Source: Neoechinorhynchus agilis (taxonomy: Eukaryota; Animalia; Acanthocephala). From it: a stretch of 64,000 bases of DNA. The stretch spans positions 1 to 64,000 of the forward strand of contig JBMGUZ010000005.1 of the NCBI GenBank assembly GCA_051530055.1, given 5' to 3'. Below the pieces are notes generated by a model. That model did not search any database. It worked only from the letters and a program-made list of their open reading frames with translations, and was not told where the DNA came from. Shown piece after piece: positions 22,501 through 34,124 of the stretch (positions are counted from its first letter, which is position 1; each line of letters begins with the position of its first letter). A program made the translations under genes and the position numbers.

Positions 22501-24593
22501 CATAAAGAGATACTGGGGCGTTCTGAATGGAAATTGGCCTAAGATCTGAGGAGGAATTGACCACCTTCTTTTTGGCTTTTACGAGAAGAATTCTCCGTGC
22601 CAGGTTAATGCTCAACCGTTTATAACGTATTTTCCCTACAAAATTCCATCAAACGGGTGGCAAGAGCTTTCTCATAAAGAGATACTAGGGCGTTCTGAAT
22701 GGAAATTGGCCTAAGATCTGAGGAGGAATTGACCACCTTCTTTTTGGCTTTTACGAGAAGAATTCTCCGTGCCAGGTTAATGCTCAACCGTGTATAACGT
22801 CCTTTTCCCTACAAAATTCCATCAAACGGGTGGCAAGAGCTTTCTCATAAAGAGATACTAGGGCGTTCTGAATGGAAATTGGCCTAAGATCTGAGGAGGA
22901 ATTGACCACCTTCTTTTTGGCTTTTACGAGAAGAATTCTCCGTGCCAGGTTAATGCTCAACCGTTTATAACGTCATTTTTCCTACAAAATTCCATCAAAC
23001 GGGTGGCAAGAGCTTTCTCATAAAGAGATACTAGGGCGTTCTGAATGGAAATTGGCCTAAGATCTGAGGAGGAATTGACCACCTTCTTTTTGGCTTTTAC
23101 GAGAAGAATTCTCCGTGCCAGGTTAATGCTCAACCGTTTATAACGTCCTTTTTCCTACAAAATTCCATCAAACGGGTGGCAAGAGCTTTCTCATAAAGAG
23201 ATACTAAGGCGTTCTGAATGGAAATTGGCCTAAGATCTGAGGAGGAATTGACCACCTTCTTTTTGGCTTTTACGAGAAGAATTCTCCGTTCCAGGTTAAT
23301 GCTCAACCGTTTATAACGTCCTTTTCCCTACAAAATTCCATCAAACGGGCGGCAAGAGCTTTCTCATAAAGAGATACTAGGGCGTTCTGAATGGAAATTG
23401 GCCTAAGATCTGAGGAGGAATTGACCACCTTCTTTTTGGCTTTCACGAGAAGAATCCTCCGTGCCAGGTTAATGCTCAACCGTTTATAACGTCCTTTTCC
23501 CTACAAAATTCCATCAAACGGGTGGCAAGAGCTTTCTCATAAAGAGATACAAGGGCGTTCTGAATGGAAATTGGCCTAAGATCTGAGGAGGAATTGACCA
23601 CCTTCTTTTTGGCTTTTACGAGAAGAATTCTCCGTGCCAGGTTAATGCTCAACCGTTTATAACGTCCTTTTTCCTAAAAAATTCCATCAAACGGGTGGCA
23701 AGCTCTCTCATAAAGAGATACAAGGGCGTTCTGAATGGAAATTGGCCTAAGATCTGAGGAGGAATTGACCACCTTCTTTTTGGCTTTTACGAGAAGAATT
23801 CTCCGTGCCAGGTTAATGCTCAACCGTTTATAACGTCCTTTTCCCTAAAAAATTCCATCAAACGGGTGGCAAGAGCTTTCTCATAAAGAGATACAAGGGC
23901 GTTCTGAATGGAAATTGGCCTAAGATCTGAGGAGGAATTGACCACCTTCTTTTTGGCTTTTACGAGAAGAATTCTCCGTGCCAGGTTAATGCTCAACCGT
24001 TTATAACGTCCTTTTTCCTAAAAAATTCCATCAAACGGGTGGCAAGAGCTTTCTCATAAAGAGATACTAGGGCGTTCTGAATGGAAATTGGCCTAAGATC
24101 TGAGGAGGAATTGACCACCTTCTTTTTGGCTTTTACGAGAATTCTCCGTGCCAGGTTAATGCTCAACCGTTTATAACGTCCTTTTCCCTACAAAATTCCA
24201 TCAAACGGGTGGCAAGAGCTTTCTCATAAAGAGATACTAGGGCGTTCTGAATGGAAATTGGCCTAACATCTGAGGAGGAATTGACCACCTTCTTTTTGGC
24301 TTTTACGAGAAGAATTCTCCGTGCCAGGTTAATGCTCAACCGTTTATAACGTCCTTTTCCCTACAAAATTCCATCAAACGCGTGGCAAGAGCTCTCTCGT
24401 AAAGAGATACTAGGGCGTTCTGAATGGAAATTGGCCTAAGATCTGAGGAGGAATTGACCACCTTCTTTTTGGCTTTTACGAGAAGAATTCTCCGTGCCAG
24501 GTTAATGCTCAACCGTTTATTACGTCCTTTTCCCTACAAAATTCCATCAAACGGGTGGCAAAAGCTTTCTCATAAAGAGATACTAGGGCGTTC
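7597..24593. repeat. 173-bp tandem satellite, ~98 copies, forward to ~14098 then reverse
   Basis: Period measured 7867->8040->8213. Consensus CCGTTTGATGGAATTTTGTAGGGAAAAGGACG...GAGCTCTTGCCAC; no unique spacers. Confidence 0.99.
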
Positions 24594-27137
24594 GATTATA
24601 ATTGCAAGCCCAGTATTTGTTGGACCAAAACTTTTGCATGGGGCATCCTGATGCAAGTTAGCTTTTTTAATTTGGGATGCACAGTACTTAAGACAGCTTG
24701 AGGTAACTGCTCCTCTTGAAAAATGATTGGGAATAGATAAAAATTTGTTTGAGAGATTAAAAAGTTAAGAATTCCATTCCTGGAGATTCAGAAATTCGTG
24801 AAGGGAGCGTTTAATGGCGAAATTGAAAAAAGCTACGGCGAAAACCGGAATCTGCGGCTTAAAGACTTGTCGCTGGATAAGTACCATGTTATCAGATCAT
24901 GATAGCATGCTTCCGATAAATCGCATTGTTTTGCAACTGTAATGCCTTCCTGTCGGTTGGATGGGACATAGCAGATTCGAATTCGCCTCCGCTTCTTCGA
25001 GCTTTAACTAAGAACGAATAGTTGATATTTAGCAAAATTCTGTACTTGAACAACACAGAGTTCGTAAAGATATTCTCAAGCGCCAAGATGGACACTTTTT
25101 TTATAATTTAGATAACATTCAGTAATCGCCGAATGAAGTTGACCCAATGGTGAATGTTTAATATAGTAAAACTAATTGAAGATAATGTTGAAGAAATATT
25201 TATTATTTAACTTTGGGTATTAAGAGCATCGATTGATTGAGATATTAGAAAACGTTTCTGAGAAATCCTGTTCAGGGCAAGAATTTGTTATTGAAAAAGA
25301 GAATGAAATATGGTCGTGCATTTAGAATTGTTCAAGAAATGTTTAACTAGTTGCTTAATTTTTTGGGATTCGGGTGTTTCTTGTGTTTAAAATTTAATGG
25401 CTTTTCACTATACTCGATTTCGAACTTTGGACATAAAAGACGTATAGTTTCGTAAATAAGCGGCTTTCCGATTATGTTATTCGCTTATTCGCATCAAACG
25501 TATTTAATAACCCATATAAAATGCATTCGCTTAAACTTCATTTGTAAGCTAGAAACGTACTCAACGCCCTCAAGGATCAAGAGTTTCTGTTTCAACTTTT
25601 TAATTTTACGTCTATAATTCGACCTTTATAAGTCTTGAAACTAAAATAAGAATGAAGCTTTTAATTATTTGTTATGAAGAGTTTGCCCTTTATACTGTGG
25701 GGAAACACATTTGCGGTTTTATACTAAAAAATAGTAGAAATATCTTCAAGTCTAGCGTTTTCGAAACAGTTTTATCAAAAACGACTTTTTTGCACTAACG
25801 GAGCATTTATGTCCACGTGCATTCGCGTGTTCGACTAATTGAAGAAAGGCAAGGATATTCGCCATGTTGAACTTGATTTCGAAGCGATGTGAGAATTCGA
25901 GTCCATGATTCGTTATTAAGCGATCCATAAAATACGTATGTATTAAACGATAACAACTTCAGGAAACCACCACGTTCTATTCAATGATTGGGCATAGGGT
26001 TTAAGCATCAAAGAACCCAATTGGCGGGAGGGCCTTTACAAGAACCAACCAGAAAAATCATGTACCAACATCCTCTCGACAGGATAATAAATTAATTGAC
26101 TTGTTGAATCAGCTTCAAATCCAAGCCTATCTTCGAAATTAAATCATTTTATTCTTGATTGCCGAATGTGTTTTCGAGGTTTCCATTGCAAGCATTTAAT
26201 CGGTCTTTATACTTAGTGAAAATTCGATGCATTTTGATCCTCGTCGGGCACTGTGCCATCTTTTGCCAAGAAAAAAGGAGTGCCGCGTGACTAAATGCAC
26301 ATTGGAAGATGGCGGATTTATCGAGGGGAGATATGGTATTGTGGAGTGTAGGTTTCGCGGCAGGAACCAACGAAGAATGCAGCCAAGAGCATTATGTTCA
26401 ACTTGTGGAGCTGTTGAAAGATAGGCGACCTTCACTTATAACCAATCAAATTAATTGAGATTCTTGTGAATATTTATATACTTAGAATTTGAATAACTTT
26501 GATTGTATGAAATATTTGTTGCACTTTTTTCTCGCAAATCGTTAATATTTAACGCATCGATGCCTAGGGAGAAACGAACACTGTAAACGGAAGTTAAGAA
26601 AATGAGAAATATGAAATGTAAAAGTGCGATCGACATTTCAATGGCGCTGTAAAAGGGAAGTCCGAATTTAACATTTATGAGCTCACTTCACTTGTTAGAG
26701 ACGTAGATCACATTTAAAGCAAAAATTTGTCGTCGAATCTTTTTTGGTAATATGCAGGGATTTTTTTGCGTCCGAATAAATGCAAATTTTATTTCATTTA
26801 AAGGAGGCTTTAGTTATAACAAGACAGAAAATGCGTTCCAGTGTCCGAAACAATTCGCTAAATGAATGCGCAATTCCTGAGATCTTCACAGATCCAACAT
26901 AATGAAATACAATAAAATGTTTAACTTTGCTTGAAAATTCATCGAGGACTATTAATCGGTGACATTCGCGAATTCCCTCACTGTATACAATTAGATTCTT
27001 AATTTGCACAGACTTTGCTGCATCCGTGGGGGGGGAGGGAATAAAAGATTTTATATCAATCAAAAGTTAGTCTTTTTAGAGTAGTAACTAAACACTAAAA
27101 TCATGACTCTCAAAAACACAAAAAATTAAATTGATGC

Positions 27138-27772
27138 TCAAATACAAATCACCTGAGTGCCATACAAAAGCATGGAATTTATCCACTTTCTTTTCAAAAC
27201 CACTACATTTACGAGTTTTCCAGCAAATGGGTTAGAAGATTTGACTGCTGCCAACGCCTCCAATATTGTGTCCCCTTCTCCAAAGTCGTCAACTGCTTTA
27301 ATGTGCCAGTTGAGGATTAGAAGTGGCACGACCCCTCGATAAATCACCAACTCTCTTGCCAAACTTTCAGAATTCGTGACGCAGATTATTGGGCATTCGA
27401 GTCGATACCGACTCAAACGTTTAGCAATATTTCCAGTGTTGCATGAAACGACTATCGCGATCGCCCCAGAAAGTAAAGCAATATGAGCGATACTGATAAT
27501 TGCCACATCAAGTCCTGAGATCGATGAACGTTTCTGTAGGAACTGTATTTCGAAATCTCTGATAGTTTTGAAAGTCGGAAGTGTCCTTTCAGTTGCACTT
27601 AGGATATTGATCTAGCAATAAATTCACACGAGGCATTAAAATTTACCAAATGACCTTTTTCGAAAATCTATTTTCGTTTGACTCTTTAGTATCATTAGAG
27701 AGAACTATTGCATCCACCAAATCGATCGGTTCACATCTTGTCAAGTGAGAACTTTTCTTGGAAAGAATAATC
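27138..27772 (-). pseudogene. divergent pyruvate kinase-like gene, 3' part (C-terminal alpha/beta domain)
   Basis: AIAIVVSCNTGNIAKRLSRYRLECPIICVTNSESLARELVIYRGVVPL matches PK AIIVLT.SG..A...RYRP..PIIAVT...ARQ..L.RG..P. Upstream LTRCE...VDAIVLSNDT resembles PTRAE...DCIMLSGET, in a different frame. Confidence 0.7.
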
Positions 27773-29332
27773 GTGGGGGTCTTGTTAGTGGGCCTCATGG
27801 CTTGTTTGTGCAAGATGTATTTTACTAGAGATTTAAAGGTTCTTGTTGCTTATTCTTCTGTAGTGCATATATCTTTTGTGGTGCTAGGGTTTATGTTCTC
27901 TTCATCCAGGTTGGTCCTGTTAAGAGTGCTGGTTGTTTTATTTCACAGATTTTTGTCAACGGGTTTGTTTTATTTGGTAGGGTGTTTGTCCTCCATTTAT
28001 ATGAGGCGTAGATTTTTTGTATTGAAAAATGTGGTGGTGTGAGGCTCAGGTCTGATGTTTATAGTATTTTTAATGTTTATTTTAAATTTTAGATTTCCCT
28101 TGTCGGGTTCTTTTTGGGCCGAGTTGGGTTTAGTTTTTGGGGTGTTGTATTTTAATAAAATAATGTTAATTTTTGTTATTTTCATATTAATGTTTTCTAT
28201 AGTGGTTAATGTGGAAGTTTTATTAATGGTTGTTTCTCGAGCATTATGTGACTCTAAACCCCTAGAGAGTGTATCGTTAATAGTCGGTTTGTTCAGGTCG
28301 GTAGTGTGGGCTTCAATAGGTTTATTGTTGATTGTATATCGGTGATTAACAATTGTGGTTTGTGGCGTAAATCGGTATGTTAAGAATAGTCATTTTTGTC
28401 TCCTTATCAGTGGTAAGGATAATTTTGTTTTTTAGGGGGTTGTTTTTATGAGGTGTGATTGGGTGATTAGAGTTGATAGTCGGGTGGTGGTTTTCCTATG
28501 AGGCAGAGGTTGCTTTTAGGCCAGGTGAGTCGATCATAGTGGGGGTTTTATTTTTAATTTATGGTATGGTGTTGTTGTTTACAATGTTGTACATGGACAT
28601 AGAAAAATATGGGTGGTCTTTTAATATGATAGTGGGTTTGTTTGTTTTAGGTATATGTATTTTTTTAACGTTTAAGGATTGAATTTTAATTTTAATTGGA
28701 TGGGAGATTTTAGGTGTGGTGAGTTTAGTTTTGATTTATTATTACAGTAATTTTGGCAGCAAGGTTAGCTCTATAGTCACTATTGTTATTAATCGGGTTG
28801 GCGATATTGGTTTTATTATCTATCTTTCTGTAGCTTTCAGGGGTCTTAGAGTTAGTTTTTTTGATTTTTATATGGCTTTAATAATTTTAATGTGTGTAGT
28901 TAGTAAGAGGGCCCAGTTCCCCTTTAGGGTGTGGCTGCCTATGGCGATAGCAGCCCCCACACCGGTTTCCTCTTTGGTCCATTCTTCTACTCTGGTTACA
29001 GCTGGTATTTTTATGGTTTTATTCGCGTATGAGATTATGGATGTTAACACTTTATTAGTTGTAGGGCTGCTCGGCGTGCTAACAGTTTTTATTGCGGGGT
29101 TTTCTAGTGTGGTTGAAAGGGACGTTAAGAAAATTGTAGCTTTGTCTACTTTATTCCATTTAGGTGTTTTGAGTTTGTTTTTAAGGGGTAGAGTTTTGGC
29201 TTGCGCATACCTGCATTTGTACATACATGGGTTTTTTAAGAGGTTGTTGTTTGTTAGAGTTGGCGTTATTATTTTTTTAATGTCTCATAATCAGGATAGG
29301 CGGATACTGTGAAGGGGGGCCGTTTTTTGATT
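27773..29332 (+). pseudogene. NUMT: nad4 3' part - trnH region - nad5 5' part
   Basis: Colinear with the reverse complement of 3199-4758 (both 1560 bp); about 4% divergent in the first 330 nt I aligned. Confidence 0.95.
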
Positions 29333-29669
29333 TTTCCTAACAGGACGCTTAAACCTTGATGCGTCGATAGAATGTTCCATCTGATCCCCTATGGAAACTT
29401 GTGCACAATCATTCAAAACTTCACAATCACTCGGGGGGAGGGGGATAGTAGGAACAAACCTTAATCTAGACATGTCGGAAATAGGGTTTACCTGATTGCT
29501 GATATTCGAAGCGCAATTTTGCATCACGAAACAGCGCTTTTGTACGTTTTTCGACTTGGTACAAATCTACCACCAGCTCCAAAGCAGCTCGATTCGCCGG
29601 AGAACAAAAAAGAGCGATGTGACGAACACGAATGTCAATGCATAGAATTATCATTATAGCACCAAGCAT
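29333..29669 (-). pseudogene. possible upstream part of the pyruvate kinase-like gene
   Basis: DL-x23-GKP spacing identical to PK DLGIEIP...GKP; continues toward the NUMT junction. Weak similarity. Confidence 0.35.
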
Positions 29670-29869
29670 CCTGTTTTAGTTTTCAAAATTTACTAATTAT
29701 AAACGGCGCGTTTTTAGTCACATTAAATTTGCATGCGCTTTTAAGTCCCGATTGATTCCTTTATTCTAGCAAAAATATAACATATTTGGAAATTATCGAT
29801 AGAAAATCCTTCGGGTTAGCCATAGTATAATTTTGGTGAAAATGCTCCCGGTAACAGCATATTTGATCG

Positions 29870-30900
29870 ATTGGCGATATTTCGAAGGAGTTAACCTCGC
29901 CTCATCAGTCATCTAAAAATATATTTTTCCCGTTCAGGTTTTACGCTCGATTGCGCGGGATCGCCAAACTCAAATTTCGGGGCCAATTATCCGTTCGAAC
30001 ACGTTTTTTTCATGATTTTAGCATTGATTTTTAACACGTCGCTGGCTGGAAGTTTTAAGCTAAAATTAGCTTTATTTCCTTCCATTGCGTTGGACACAGC
30101 GATGTGCAAGGCCTCCAAAATAAGCCGTCTTTTTAAGTTTTGCTCTATTTCTATAATGTTGGTGCCACCAAAATCCGCTCGATACTTACGTGTCTCTTGA
30201 TGATTGGAGGTTGCTGACGAATGTTCAAATCGACTGCGGGCTTGCTTATGTTGAGCGACCCTCTTCTCAATGCCTTGCATCGTTTGTCTGATATAAGCTT
30301 TCTCACACTTTTCACAGTACATTCTATAAATCCCATTGGTCGGCTCAGTTTTACCCTTCTTGAATGTGCTTCTGAGAGCGTTTCCTTTAGTTTTGTATAG
30401 ACAAATTCCAACCTTCTTTCTCCAAATGGAATAGATCATTTGATCTGTGTCGTCATCAATGAAGTGCACCCTTTCGAAGCGTACAGGCTTTGCAGACGAT
30501 TTTTTTGTTATGCGGATGGTAGTTACTGCCTCTGATTCCTCGGTCTATAATCGATTTGGGATATCCCCTAATTTTCAGCTCCTGTACTATCATCTCCCTT
30601 TTCCTACTCCATGCAAATTGAGTAGATGAAATAAGAGAAGCTCATCGGAAGTACGAAGTGACAGCCAAGATTTTATACCTCATCGGTTGGTGACTTGTCC
30701 AGTGTGATGATCCCCATGATAATTTCTCCTTGCGATAAAGTGAAGCTTCTAACTTTGCCTTGTACAAAACGCTTGACAAGGATGTTTGTAGCAGATGTAA
30801 GGAAGTTGTTCACTGTAGATGTGGGTGTATCATCCATAGCTCTCTATTGGTTTTTTATAATCAGGCAACACTAACACACTCAACAACATCAAGATTTATT
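29870..30900 (-). mobile_element. Penelope-like element remnant (RT thumb + GIY-YIG endonuclease)
   Basis: NGIYRMYCEKCEKAYIRQT...RVAQHK...RRLILEALHI (29987-30469); HPHNKK thumb-like motif upstream; 3' hammerhead. Confidence 0.8.
29873..29911 (-). ncRNA. minimal hammerhead ribozyme motif (PLE-type)
   Basis: CTGATGA-G..GAG/CTC..C-GAAA-TAT-C with palindromic ATAT; ~80 nt downstream of the GIY-YIG ORF; stem I degenerate. Confidence 0.6.
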
Positions 30901-30949
30901 CGTCAAGAGTCCATTTTTAAATAATTGAGCTACTTATCAACCTAAATCC

Positions 30950-33900
30950 TGTAAGCATGACATTACTTAGATCAGTGAGTTAAGTCGATCCATTTAAAGC
31001 TCCCTTCTGCCCAGTTAGAGGAGTGTGCCCATGGGTAAGGGAGGTTATCAAGGTTCGATAAGAAAATGCGTTGAAAGGTTAGTCGCTGTTCGGGTGGTCG
31101 ACCACGTGAGAAAAAAACTAGGCCAGCGATTGCCCAGGAATTCCATACAACCCGAGTGGACTTATCGTTCAGACCGAGACGATTGGCTCGTTTTGCCTTC
31201 GCGCCAGCGATCTTTAGCAGGCGTTTAAGCTTTAAGAGGTCGCGGGTGGGTGAGCAATATTGGGTGAAGGTGTATCCTAAAATGTTGATTGATAATCGGG
31301 CGGGGCTCGTCTCCTGATTTAAAATTCATAAAATGCGTTCCTCAGCGCAATTTTACAATTAACTGGGATTTGAGTGGATTCAGCTCGAGGCATATGTGAG
31401 GTAGAACGTTTGGTAGAAAGGACAGGAGAGAAGCCATTTCCTTTCTCACCATCAAATAGTTGCATTCTTTAATGACTGCGGTGATATCATCAGCGTAGAG
31501 GGTAATAGCTTTGCCGACATTGCTATATTGTGTTGCCAAGCAAAAAAGAATTGGAGACAGTGGTGAGCCTTGAGGCACGCCCTTGGTCTGATGAAATGTT
31601 TTTCGAAGAGGGTCGTTTTGGAAAAAGAAGGACTTTGAAACGAGTGTGTTATTGACCCGGGCGATTATGTTGTGTGGATAGTTAAAAAATTTCATTATCT
31701 TAATAATAAAATCGATATCGATGTTATCGAATGCCTTTGAAATGTCGAAAGAAGTTAGGACATTTGTTGGATTGGGGTTTCTAGAAATTATCCATTATTT
31801 CTCGGATGTTGGGTAAGAAACCATGGCAGCGCGGATCAATGCAATTGTGTTTCAATGCAAATTGCAAAATAGAACGAGCTAATGCTCTCTCGTAGATGGA
31901 GACCAGAGAGTTTTGGATTGCAATTTGTCTAACTTCGTTCGATGATCTAACCTTACGGCGCTTGTTTTTGACCAGAAAAATCCGCTTGGCTGTGTTAATA
32001 GATACCCATTCATGTGGATGCGCACGAATCATAGCTTCTGCCAAAAGACCAATGTTGATACTGGATAAAACATTGGTGGCCTTGAAGGAAGCAGAGGGGT
32101 CGTTAGATGAGACCTTATTCTTGGAACCCCAGTGCGTAATAACATCACTGACCAATAAATCAAATCTGCGTCGCTTAATGGGTAAAAAGATGAGGTTAGT
32201 AGTGGACAAAGAGCATCCCGAGGAGTGGTCAAGACATAGGGAAGTGACCACTGCATTGAGCCCATCTTCTTTAATCCATGCAGCAGCGGCACTGCGCCAG
32301 GGAATAAACTTCTTTTTGGCAACGATATTCCACCAAGACGACGAGTTGGGGAATTCATTTGAAGGCGAGCTCGGCATGGCCAGTGCAATGCTGACCATAG
32401 TTTAGCAAGTTCAGAGTTTCCTTCATTATTGGCTCTAAAGAGTTCTCTACCGTAGAGGGAACGAAGATTGGATTTGCCCCTGCCCCATGCTTGCTTAATG
32501 ACCGTCGATAGAAAGGAATCGCTTGAATTTGCCAGAAATTCGTTGATTTCCTTAAGAGACGGCTTACTACTGCACTCGAAGAAGAGTGATGTGGAGTTAT
32601 TAGAAAGTTGGATATTGAAGGAGGATAAGATGAATTTTCGATTTAAAAGGATGTTTCTTGAGAGAAGCCAAATAAGAGTGTTGTGACCAGACGTTCGAAA
32701 AAACGCCGATTGGGAGCTAACTCTTGGTTTGATAGAAGACAATTTCCTTGCTAGACACAGGTCTAATGCTGAATTGTAGTTTGGAGCAGTGAACGTCGGG
32801 AAGGGAGGGTAGATAATTTCGTGTGAGTCCGATGCACGAGATATCGCGCGAATCCATTTTCCCGAGGGGTCATTAAAGTGCCCGAATAGAAAATCAACTC
32901 CAGCAAATAGTAAATTCTTGATAATTGTTTTGTTATTCTTCAGATGAATCTTCTTAGGGCGAACGTATATAATACCTAATAAGAATTTCTTATCATCATA
33001 ACGGATGGAGAATATGGCGTAGGAGAGGGCTGATGAAATAAAATTGGAGATAGGACAAGGTCAGAGGTTAGAATTAAAGATGGATAGTAGACGCTAAGAA
33101 TTTGAGCTAGCTGGAGGAGTAATAAATATAGATGAGAATTGGTTAAGTTTTTTGATACCTTCGGGTAAGTCATAAAACGTGTGAATGCTTTTCGTTTCTT
33201 GGATAAAAACCACCTAGCAATTCTCTACTTCGGTTAAAATATTTGGAATTCCTAAGCGACCACTCGAGTTCCACTGGACTAACCTTAACTCGTTCATGAG
33301 CCGGCCTTTCTCCTTTTAATAAGATCCACTACACCCTCGGAGCACATTTGTTTCTGTTCTTCGATTATCTGCCGAACGAAGACTTCTTCATCCATCATTT
33401 CTGTGTCCGAAGCATCAATCTCTATTGGTTCGTCCTTGTTATGGAAAAACGACCTTTTAACGGGAGCCCCAGCAACTGCTGACGGAATCACTCGAGTGAG
33501 GCCATTAGAAATAGAGGTAGTAAAAGCCTCAAGAAGCCTCTCCAATAGTTTTTCCATATGCTGTATCGCGGTAGCGATTCTCAAGTCCACCATTCTCAAA
33601 ATGTTTGTTGAAAAGTCGCTCAAAATCTTGTCCATATTTTTCCCCTCGTTACAGCTTGAGACGGCCTCCAAGTGAATGCGAGAATGGGGTTGGTCTGTAT
33701 TCGAATTATTTCCCAAGAAAGATGGCCGAGACTCCAAGTTCTTTTTTTGTTGGATCGGTGGGGCTTTATTTTGAGCCCAAGCAACATATTGTTTGAGGAC
33801 GGAGCAATTTTTCGCGAAAGCGCAATGACCAATTTGTCCACAGTTTGCACATTTTTTAATTCCTTTTGAACAATTTGAGCTACAGTGTTGTTCGCCACAA
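30950..33900 (-). mobile_element. decayed APE-type LINE (ORF1 + endonuclease-RT ORF2)
   Basis: ORF2 starts at ATG 33297, overlapping the ORF1 TGA (ATGA). APE motifs QWNSSG, IQET, GIIYVRP, G(H)FN, PTF, SALDL. RT motifs RQIAIQ, HGF, DISKAFD, GVPQGSPLSPILF, LYADD, ILGYTF. Several stops and frameshifts. Confidence 0.9.
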
Positions 33901-34124
33901 TACGCGCATTTGGTTATCTTAGATGGGCAACGTTGAATCCAATGGCCTCACTCCTGACAACCTGCGCATCGAGGAAAAGTGAAATCGTCCATTCTAGAGA
34001 TTTCGTTGGCAATAAAAGAGATTTCCATTGACTGAAAAATACCTCTTGGATATCAGGGAATTTCTCGTCACTATATCGGCTTTCAGGGCTGCCCTCGGAA
34101 TAGGTTTACCGTTGTTTCGGGCCT

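Noticed and set aside
7597-24593. CRISPR array
   Set aside because: Monomers are contiguous with no unique spacers; no cas genes; eukaryotic context.
10151-24651. Track ORFs inside the satellite (10151, 10904, 13989, 24424) as genes
   Set aside because: They arise from chance indels that put 173-bp monomers in frame; they show the RT origin but are not genes.
24650-27100. Short ORFs at 24892, 26149-26435, 26451 and 26794
   Set aside because: No recognisable motifs in any frame; may be exons of an unknown gene but cannot be supported.
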